Shown piece after piece: positions 55,780 through 64,000 of a stretch of DNA of 64,000 bases (the stretch's first letter is position 1; each line of letters opens with the position of its first letter). The notes beneath the pieces are model-generated. The model made no database searches and was not told the DNA's origin. It worked only from the letters and a program-made list of their open reading frames with translations. A program made the position numbers and the translations under genes. The stretch is taken from NCBI GenBank assembly GCA_037481835.1, contig JBBFKW010000010.1:96001-160000 (forward strand), in the 5' to 3' direction. The stretch comes from Desulfosoma sp. Its GTDB lineage: Bacteria > Desulfobacterota > Syntrophobacteria > Syntrophobacterales > DSM-9756.

Positions 55780-57775
55780 GTGCTGAGCGAAGCCCGCCGC
55801 ATCCTGAAAACCGTCTTCGGCTACGACGATTTTATCTTCTTGCAGGAGCGGGTCCTGGAAAACGTGCTGGAACGCCGGGAGACCCTGGCCGTCATGCCCA
55901 CGGGCGGCGGAAAATCCGTCTGCTACCAGATCCCGGCCCTCCTGTGGGACGGCCTCACCGTGGTGGTCTCGCCCCTCATCTCGCTCATGAAGGACCAGGT
56001 GGACCAGCTCCTCACCCTGGGCGTTCCCGCCGTCATGCTTAGCAGCTCCCTTACGGAAGAACAGTACCGGTCCAACGTGGCGGCGATCCGCGCCGGCCGG
56101 GCCTGGATCGTTTACATGGCGCCGGAGACGGCCCGCCATCCGGCGGTGATGGATCTCTTGAGATCCTGCCAGGTGGAACTCCTCGCCATCGACGAAGCCC
56201 ACTGCATTTCCGAATGGGGCCCGGACTTTCGGCCCGAATACCGGAGGCTCGCGGAACTCCGGGACGCCTTCCCCGACGCCGTCTGTCTCGCCCTGACCGC
56301 CACGGCCACCCCCCGCGTGCGTCGGGACATCCTGGAGTGCCTCCGGATGTCGTCCGCCGCCGAAGTGGTGGCCGGGTTCAACCGGGAAAACCTTTTCCTG
56401 AAGGTGGACTACAAGGTGGATCCGCTGGGGCAGGTGCTCCGGGTGATCGGGCGCTTCCCAAGAGAATCCGGCATCATCTACTGCCACACGCGCCGGCGCG
56501 GGGATTTCCTGTGCGGGTCCCTCCAGGACCGGGGCATCCCGGCGGCGGCCTACCACGCCGGCCTGGACGACGCCCAACGCCGCCGGGCCCAGGAACTCTT
56601 CGTGGGGGACGACATCCGGGTCATGGTGGCCACGGTGGCCTTCGGCATGGGCATCGACAAGTCCAACGTTTGGTACGTGATCCACTACGATCTTCCCAAG
56701 AACCTGGAAGGCTATTACCAGGAGATCGGCCGGTCGGGGCGCGACGGCCTGCCCGCTGAATGCGTACTGCTCTTTTCCCACGCCGATGCGGCCGGGAGGC
56801 GGCGGCACATCCAACGCCTGGAAGATCCCCTTCTTCGCAGGGCCGCCCCCGCCCAGCTGGACGCCATGGTGCGCTTCGCCGAAACGGAATCCTGCCGCCG
56901 AATTCCCCTGCTGGGCTACTTCGGTGAAGAGACGCCGGAAGCAAACTGCAATATGTGCGACAACTGCACGGAACCGGACCGCCCGGCCTTGGACGTGACC
57001 GTTCCCGCCCAGAAGCTCCTTTCCTGCGTGGTGAGGACGGGCCAGAGGTTCGGAGCGGGCTACGTGGTCTCCGTGCTGTGCGGATCGAAGACGAAGCGGA
57101 TTCTCGAAAACCGCCACCACGAACTGTCCACCCACGGCATCGGCACGGAATACTCCCCGCGCGGATGGCGATCGTTGGCCGAATGTCTCACCTGGCGGGG
57201 CCTGCTGGAAAGGGACTCCGAATTCGGAGCCCTCCGCCTCACCCGGGAAGGCTGGGACGTGCTCCGTTCGCGCCACCCGATCCATGTGCGCTGGCACCCG
57301 CTGGATGAGGCCATGCCCGGTCAGGCGGCGGACCCGGACGCGGAAGAGGCGGCCTTTCCCCGGGAGCTCTTCGAACGGCTTCGTAAGAAACGGCGGGAAT
57401 CGGCCCAGGCGCTGGGGGTGCCTCCCTACGTGATCTTTTCCGATCGCAGCCTGGCGGACATGGCGGCCCGGATGCCCCAAACTCCGGAAGAGATGCTCGC
57501 CGTGCACGGGGTGGGAGAGGGAAAACTGGAAAGGTTCGGCGAGGATTTCCTTTCGGTCTTCCGGGACTTTCGCCGCGAACATCCCGACGTGCAACCGGTC
57601 CCGTCGGCCTCGACCCCGACCCCCAAAACGCGCTCTTCCGGCCGGACGGGACGCCACCACCAGGTGGCGAAAGCCTTCAACCAGGGAAGGTCCCTGGACG
57701 ACCTCTGCCGGGACTTCGGCGTCCAGAAACGGACCGTTTTGTGGCACCTGCGCCGTTACCAGATGGAAGGCTGCG
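55780..57775 (+). CDS. recQ: RecQ helicase (DEAH, Zn, RQC, HRDC), C-terminus truncated and running into foreign sequence
   Basis: MPTGGGKS, IDEAHCISEWG, ATVAFGMGIDK, YYQEIGRSGRDG, CNMCDNC, VPPYVIFSD; recognisable sequence stops near 57770. Confidence 0.88.
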
Positions 57776-57789
57776 CGCCCCGGTGGGCC

Positions 57790-58130
57790 GGCCCATCAAC
57801 CGGAAAACCGGCTCCTGGGCGACGGCCCGGTCCGCCGTCTCGGGAATTTTCCGCTGGACCGGGTGGAAGAGCTGTGCGACCCGGTGGAAACCCTCTGGGC
57901 CGTCGGAAACAGCAGCTTCGCGGGCCTGAACGACCGCATGAGCCTGGAGCAGACCAAGCAGGCCCCTGCCGGGTCGCTCCTTTTCATCGAGCCGGAAAAT
58001 CTTGCGTTCCGCATCGCCCTCAACAGCAAGGGGCTCAAAAAGGTCTGGGCCGAATTCTTCTTTCGCGGTATCCCTTACCGGCTCAGCGTGACGGACCCGG
58101 CCGTGGAGGCGGAGCTTCTGGACAATGGAG
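57790..58130 (+). pseudogene. Internal fragment of a dual-OB-fold-like protein
   Basis: HQPEN...LW...SS.GLNDR...SLLFI.P...F.FRG..YRLSVTDP; no N- or C-terminus. Confidence 0.55.
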
Positions 58131-60127
58131 GATGTCGGCGAAAGGGTCGCCGTGGCCGGGCAGGAGCTGCCCCGAAAGGGCTTTCTCGTCTGCCGCCACT
58201 GCGGCAAGGTGCAGCTCCGGCGCGACCGCCAGGAACATGCGCTCACATGCAAGGCGCGAAACCAGAGCGCCGATGAAAACGTGCTGGAGTGCGTCTATCT
58301 CTACCGGGAATTCGCCTCGGAAGCGGTGCGGATTCTCCTTCCCACGGCAACGGGAGAATACGCCCGGAGCGCCCACGAATCCTTTGTCGCCGCCCTGCAG
58401 CTGGGGCTTCGGCGAATGTTCGGCGGCAACGTGGATCATCTTCGGATCATGGACCACGAGGAGCCGGTGCCGGAGACGTCCTATCGCAAGAAGTACTTGG
58501 TCCTCTTCGACACCGTCCCGGGCGGCACGGGCTACCTGAAGCAGCTCATGCGCTCTCCGGAGCCCCTCATGGACGTGCTCCAGCGCGTTCTGGACGTACT
58601 CAAGGCCTGCTCCTGCCGCCAAGATCCCGCCAAGGACGGCTGTTACCGCTGCCTCTATGCCTACAAATACGGCAACCGGCTGCCGGCCATCTCCCGGGAA
58701 CGGGCCATGGAGCAGCTTTCGGCGGTGCTGGACCGGAGGGACAAGCTGGTGCGGGTGGAATCGCTCAAGCACGTGCCGGTGACCGGCCTGCTGGAAAGCG
58801 AACTGGAAGCCCTCTTCATCGAGGCGCTGCGGCGCAGCCGAGCCCGCGGGCGCAGGGTGAGCCTGAAAAAGGGGCTGGTCCGCGGCAAGCCGGGCTATTA
58901 CCTGAAGATCGACGATGAGGCCTATCTCATCGAACCCCAGGTGGAACTGGGCGCCTCCCAGGGGGTGGCGGAACCCAGCCGGGCCGATTTCGTCTTCCGG
59001 CCGCTTCGGGAGAGTCGGGGAATCAAGCCCATCGTCGTTTTTGCCGACGGATTCGCCTATCACCGCAAACGTGTGGGCCTGGATCTGGCCCAGCCCATGG
59101 CCCTGGTGCAAAGCGGACGCTTCCGGGTCTGGTCCCTCACCTGGCACGATGTGCAGGCGCGGCTTTCCGCGGCTCCAGCGGCCCCCCACTACGTGGACCT
59201 GGCCGGCAGCCTGGAGACCAACCTGGGAAAGAACCTGGGCCAGGTTTGCCGGATGTTCGGCGTGGAGGATCTGGGCCCGCTTCGGGGGGACGATGGCTTT
59301 TCCTGGCTCTTGGCCTTCCTGGCCGAACCCGATGCGGACCGGTGGAGCCGTTTCGCCCATGTGTGCGGCCTGTCGCTCATAAACGGCGCGGCAGGCGATC
59401 ACGCCATGAGCCGCGAAGCCTTCCTGGCCCGGTTGCCGCGTGAAAACATGGCGGACGCGAAAGGGATTTTTGAGGACGTCTTGGAAATCGCCCTGTTGGG
59501 AATCCATCCGCCGGATCCCGAGGATGCCCGGAAGCAGGTGCAGATGTTCGTGGCCGCCGGCAAGGAGGCTGTGCGCCTGCAGAAGCCTGAAGATCTCCGC
59601 CTGCTGATCTGCCTGGAAGACGGCTCCGAGCAGCAGGAAGCCGACGGTTTCCAGGCGGCCTGGAACGGGGGGCTTCGCGCCTACAATCTCTTTCATTTCG
59701 TTCCGCGCACCCTGGCGGTGGCCGCTCGGGGTTGGAAAAGGGCCTCTACGGCGGACTGCTGACCCCCGCACCCGAAGGGCCTTCGGAGACGGCCGGGGCC
59801 GAGCCGCCGGAACTTTCGTCGCAGAGGGCGGGGCTTTCTCCGGATTGGGATCAGGTTTTGAAGTTCGTGGACCCGGCCCTGCGGCCGGTTTTGGACCTTG
59901 CCGCCCAAAAGGGGCTGCCGCCGCCCCAGGTGGGTTTTGAGTTGCAAGGGGACGACGGCGGGGTCATCGCCCAGGCCGAAGCGGCCTGGGAGGACGCCCG
60001 GCTGGCTTGGCTCCGGGACGACGAGATGGAATTCGCCCCCGTGTTTGCCGACGCCGGCTGGCAAACGGCCTTTCTTGCGGAGGTCGCGGCCCGGCCGGAA
60101 GAACACCTGGCGCCGCTGATCGAATGA
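58125..60127 (+). pseudogene. C-terminal part of a large DEAD/DEAH helicase with DUF1998 Zn domain and PD-(D/E)xK-like nuclease; helicase core missing, frameshift near 59730
   Basis: LFDTVPGGTGYL, CSC...GCYRCL, EPQVELG...RADF...ADGFAYH; reading continues as LEKGLYGG in another frame. Confidence 0.8.
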
Positions 60128-60227
60128 CCGGTTTTCATCGGCAATGGCTTAGGTCATACTTAAGCGAGTATTTGAGCGGCTTGTAACCGAACAGATCCAA
60201 GGTGCCCGATATGGGAGGAAAGGAGAA

Positions 60228-60434
60228 ATGGGGATGCTCAATATGGAAGAAATATTGTCATCCATTGAAGCCCTCTCTAAAGAGGATTTTGCACGCTTGA
60301 GAGAATGGTTTTATGAGAGAGATTGGGAAAGGTGGGACAAGGAGATTGAATCTGACTCAAGATTAGGGAAGTTAGATTTTCTGGTTAAGGAAGCCCTTTG
60401 CGAAAAGGAAGATGGAAGGCTGAGGGAACTCTAA
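60228..60434 (+). CDS. Putative antitoxin (addiction-module type)
   Basis: 68 aa, acidic, WDKEIESD...GKLDFL..EA; abuts the toxin gene; AT-rich. Confidence 0.75.
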   Translation: MGMLNMEEILSSIEALSKEDFARLREWFYERDWERWDKEIESDSRLGKLDFLVKEALCEKEDGRLREL

Positions 60435-60704
60435 ATGCATCGAGCAACCACCCGTTTCTGGAAATTATTTGGGGGGCTTCCACAAAACGTGCAGCAAACA
60501 GCAAGAAAGAATTTTGATTTACTTAAGGCCGACCCATTGCATCCTTCGCTTCAATTCAAGAAGGTCGGGAAATTTTGGTCCATCCGAGTCGGTGTCAACC
60601 ACCGAGCATTGGCCGTAAAGGAGGGCCGGGATTTCATCTGGGTATGGATCGGAGATCATAGTGATTATGAGAGAATAATAAAGGAAACAGCTGGCGCTCC
60701 GTAG
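60435..60704 (+). CDS. RelE/ParE-like toxin
   Basis: RFW...LP..VQ..A.K.F.LLK.DP.HPSLQFKKVG..WSIRVG..HRAL...WVWIG.H.DY. Confidence 0.8.
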   Translation: MHRATTRFWKLFGGLPQNVQQTARKNFDLLKADPLHPSLQFKKVGKFWSIRVGVNHRALAVKEGRDFIWVWIGDHSDYERIIKETAGAP

Positions 60705-60730
60705 CGGCGGGGGAGTTCAGTCGTTCGGCG

Positions 60731-62100
60731 GTGGTGGAGGTGGTGGAAAGCCGGGAGGAACCACCGGCCCCGCCCGCCGGGGAGACGCCCGGGGTTTCGG
60801 GCGGGCTTTTTGCCGAATTTCCCGATCGGATCCTGCTCCGCCTGGGGGTCCCCCGCGTGCAGTTCCCGCTGGTGCGTGCCGTCCGAAGCCAAGACGACTT
60901 GGACCAGGTGGCGCCCAAGCTCCCCCAGGAAGCGGCCGAAGCCCTTTACATGCTGGCCAGCGGATATTCGGTGGATGAGACCCTGAGGGAACTGGACCGG
61001 GCCGTGGAGGCGGCACCGGCGGTGGATCCGGAAGATTTCGAGAAGGCCCTGGACCATCCCGATTCCAGGCGGCGCTTTTTCGTGGTGGAAGACGACCTGG
61101 AACTGGCCGCCATCCTGGAGGCGCCCCTGGAAAAATGGCGGGTCTTTCTGCACCCGACCCAGCGCAGCCTGGTGGAACGGGACTGGAACGGTCCGGTGCG
61201 GGTGCTGGGCGGGGCCGGCACAGGAAAGACGGTGGCCGCCCTTCACCGGGCCAAATACTTGGCCGTTCGGGTCTTCACCGGCGCCGACGACCGGGTGCTC
61301 TTCACCCCCTTCACTCGGAATCTTGCGGCCGATATCCGAGAAAACCTGGCCAAGATCTGCCCTCCGGAAGCCATGGCGCGAATCGAAGTGGTGAATCTGG
61401 ACAAGTGGGTGTCCGATTTCCTTCGGAAAAACAACTATCGCTTCGAGATCGATTACGGGAAACGAACCGGGGAGTTGTGGGAAAAGGCCTTGGTGTTGGC
61501 CCCCTCCCAGTTGCCATTGGATGAACGGTTTTACCGGGAAGAACGGGAGAGGGTGATCCAACTCCAAAACATTACCATTTTGCAGGACTACCTGAAGGCT
61601 CCGCGATTGGGCCGAGGCGTTCGGTTGAGTCGGCCGCAGCGGGCCGCCGTCTGGCCAGTGTTCGAGGAATACCGGATCCAGCTGCAGGAACACGGCCTGA
61701 AGGAGCCCGAGGACGCCCTGCGGGATGCGCGCCTGCTCCTGGAAAGCAAGGGGGACGTGCTGCCCTACCGCGCGGTGGTGGTGGACGAGGCCCAGGACAT
61801 GAGCCCGGAAGCCTTCCGCCTGATCCGCTGCATCGCCGGCCCCGGGCACAAGAACGATCTTTTCGTCGTGGGCGACGCCCACCAGAGGATCTATCGGCAC
61901 AAGGTGGTGTTGGGCCGCTGCGGCATCGACGTCCGAGGCCGCGGCCGCAGGCTTCGAATCAGCTACCGCACCACCGAAGAAACCCGCCGGTGGGCGGTGA
62001 ACCTGCTCCGAGCCGTGGCGGTGGACGACCTGGACGGCGGGACCGACGATCGGAAGGGATACCGTTCCCTGCTGCACGGTGCAGCCCCGCAGGTGCAGAG
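60731..62100 (+). pseudogene. UvrD-like helicase, truncated at both ends
   Basis: WRVFLHPTQ, GGAGTGKT, VVDEAQD, GDAHQRIY, YRTT; C-terminal RecA domain absent. Confidence 0.85.
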
Positions 62101-62108
62101 GAGAGAAC

Positions 62109-62909
62109 ATGGATTCGTCGATCGGTTTATACGTTTTTCCCGACCAGGACCGACTGTGCGCAGCCCTTTGGGCCCATGTGGCTCAATTGGCGGCTCGGGC
62201 GGCAGCGCAAAGGGGACGGTTTTTCGTCGCTCTGTCCGGCGGATCGGCCTTGGACCTTATGATGGCAGGTTTCCGCACAGAGCCCGCGCGTGATGACGAA
62301 AACTGGTCTCAATGGCACGTTTTCTGGGCGGATGAACGTTGGGTCCCGTGGGACAGTCCCGAGTCCAATTACGGCAGGGCCCGGCGGCCGTTCTTGGACC
62401 TCGTTCCCATCCCCGCCCAACAAATTCATGCCGTGGACTGTTCGTTAAGCCCTTCCGACGCCGCCGAACACTATGAATCCGTTCTGGAAAATGTGCTTCG
62501 CCCGGAAAAAGGCCGAGCGCCGCAGTTCGATCTGATCCTGCTCGGCCTGGGACAAGACGGTCATATCGCGTCTCTCTTTCCTGACCATCCCGCTCTGCAG
62601 GAAACCCTTCGATGGGTGCTTCCGGTTTTCGATGCGCCCAAGCCGCCGCCGGTCCGCATCACTTTGACGCTGCCGGTGATCAATCAAGCCCGGCACGTGA
62701 TTTTTGCGGCCATTGGAAAAAACAAAGCCCAAATCGTGGCCCGCGTGCTCCACGGTCGGGAGACCCCTTCACCTCTGCCGGCCCAAAGGGTCAGGCCTGT
62801 CGACGGCGATGTGCGATGGTTTCTCGACCAGGAGGCGGCCGCAAGCTTGTCGGCTTTCGGGGACGGTGCGGTTCGAGGAAGTTCCCCGGGGAAATCCGCG
62901 ACTCCCTGA
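62109..62909 (+). CDS. pgl: 6-phosphogluconolactonase
   Basis: ALSGGS, WADERWV...SNY, LGLGQDGHIASLFP, KPPPVRITLT. Confidence 0.93.
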   Translation: MDSSIGLYVFPDQDRLCAALWAHVAQLAARAAAQRGRFFVALSGGSALDLMMAGFRTEPARDDENWSQWHVFWADERWVPWDSPESNYGRARRPFLDLVPIPAQQIHAVDCSLSPSDAAEHYESVLENVLRPEKGRAPQFDLILLGLGQDGHIASLFPDHPALQETLRWVLPVFDAPKPPPVRITLTLPVINQARHVIFAAIGKNKAQIVARVLHGRETPSPLPAQRVRPVDGDVRWFLDQEAAASLSAFGDGAVRGSSPGKSATP

Positions 62910-63092
62910 CTCTGAGGCGCCGCTACGGCCCTATGAGGGTGTTTTTGCTGGAGTACCGAGACCGCAGCTTATGGGAAGACGCGTATATGAAAGTCGCGAT
63001 CGGAATCCGGAAGAGTAGGACTATCATGGTTCGTTTTCTCCCCTCGCGTGACGGGAGCTATAGGGAATACAAACCGTGCGAAAGGCCGGAAA

Positions 63093-63866
63093 ATGAATGA
63101 GGGCAAAACAGGAAAAACAACCGCAAAGATCGTGCTGATCGCACTCATTGCCCTCGGCATCGTCGCTTTCCAATACTTCGACCTCAAACAATACCTTTCG
63201 CTGGACTCCATCAAGGCATCCCAGGAAAAATTCCAGGCCCTTTACGCCTCGCACCGCCTAATGGTCATCACCGCCTACATGGTCATTTACATCGCCGTGA
63301 CCGCGCTCTCCCTGCCCGGCGCCGCTGTCTTGACCCTTGCGGGCGGCGCCCTGTTCGGACTGGCCGTAGGCACCGTCGTGGTGTCCTTTGCAAGCACCAT
63401 CGGAGCCACCCTGGCGTGCTTCGTCTCCCGCTTCCTCCTTCGCGAGTGGGTCCAGAAGAAATTCGGGGACAAGCTGGCGGCCGTCAACCAGGGGATTGAA
63501 AAGGACGGCGCCCTCTACCTGTTTTCCCTCCGGCTGGTGCCGGTCTTTCCGTTCTTTGTCATCAATCTGCTTATGGGTCTTACACGCCTTCGCCTCACCA
63601 CCTTTTTCTGGGTGTCGCAAATTGGCATGCTTCCTGGCACCGTCGTGTACGTCAATGCCGGCAGGGAACTCGCAAAGATCCAATCCCTTGGAGGCATCCT
63701 GTCTCCGAGGCTTTTCATCGCCTTTGCCCTGCTCGGGATCTTTCCCATAGTGGCCAAAAAACTCCTGGCTTTTTATCAAATCAGGGTTGGGTCGGGGTTC
63801 AAAGCAGCCGGCGTCGACGGCGTAAAAAGCAACGATCCGTTACCCGAAGAACCCCGTATCCGATGA
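63093..63866 (+). CDS. TVP38/TMEM64 (DedA/VTT superfamily) membrane protein
   Basis: LSLPGA..LTLAGGALFG, LRLVPVFPFFVIN, SQIGMLPGT. Confidence 0.9.
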   Translation: MNEGKTGKTTAKIVLIALIALGIVAFQYFDLKQYLSLDSIKASQEKFQALYASHRLMVITAYMVIYIAVTALSLPGAAVLTLAGGALFGLAVGTVVVSFASTIGATLACFVSRFLLREWVQKKFGDKLAAVNQGIEKDGALYLFSLRLVPVFPFFVINLLMGLTRLRLTTFFWVSQIGMLPGTVVYVNAGRELAKIQSLGGILSPRLFIAFALLGIFPIVAKKLLAFYQIRVGSGFKAAGVDGVKSNDPLPEEPRIR

Positions 63867-63908
63867 GGCAACCGAAGGGCTCCACTCTCAAGAGTTAAGG
63901 AGGATGTC

Positions 63909-64000
63909 ATGAGAAAAACGACCATGATCTTAACCATCGCATGGATTCTGACCGTCGGGGCGGGAATGGGGTGGGCCCAGGACAACCCGTGGAACTTCGA
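63909..64000 (+). CDS. Secreted protein, 3'-partial
   Basis: AGGAGG RBS; signal peptide MRKTTMILTIAWILTVGAGMGWA|QD. Confidence 0.6.
   Translation, partial: MRKTTMILTIAWILTVGAGMGWAQDNPWNF

Noticed and set aside
55660..58539. Novel 959-aa RecQ fusion protein
   Set aside because: The tail is out-of-frame read-through of two other gene fragments; the likely start is GTG 55780

Overview
GC-rich bacterial chromosome segment. Gene order and content (xerC-hslVU-argBDFGH-lysA-dapF-dapA-dapB-dapL, EF-G2, a DcrH-like chemoreceptor) suggest a sulfate-reducing/syntrophic Desulfobacterota (former Deltaproteobacteria); this is inference. 1-42.4 kb is intact core genome: signalling genes, aroC, clpS-clpA-aat, aspartokinase, efp-epmA, arginine/lysine biosynthesis and tRNA-Cys. 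One hybrid histidine kinase is split at an A7 run. 42.5-49.3 kb holds redox and MarR-linked accessory genes. ~49.4-62.1 kb is a decaying mobile/defence island. It contains a displaced purB 3' end, two group II intron remnants (one a mini-intron with the RT deleted up to D5) and recB fragments. It also carries a chromosomal integron: an internally deleted long-form intI, attI, two well-formed attC sites, a membrane-protein cassette with a premature stop and a DUF4258/YgiT toxin-antitoxin cassette. A perfect 16-bp inverted repeat links attI to the intI promoter region. Further right are truncated recQ, a dual-OB fragment, a DUF1998 helicase-nuclease fragment, a second TA pair ending in a half-attC, and a truncated UvrD helicase. 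All family calls come from motif recognition by eye; no searches were run.
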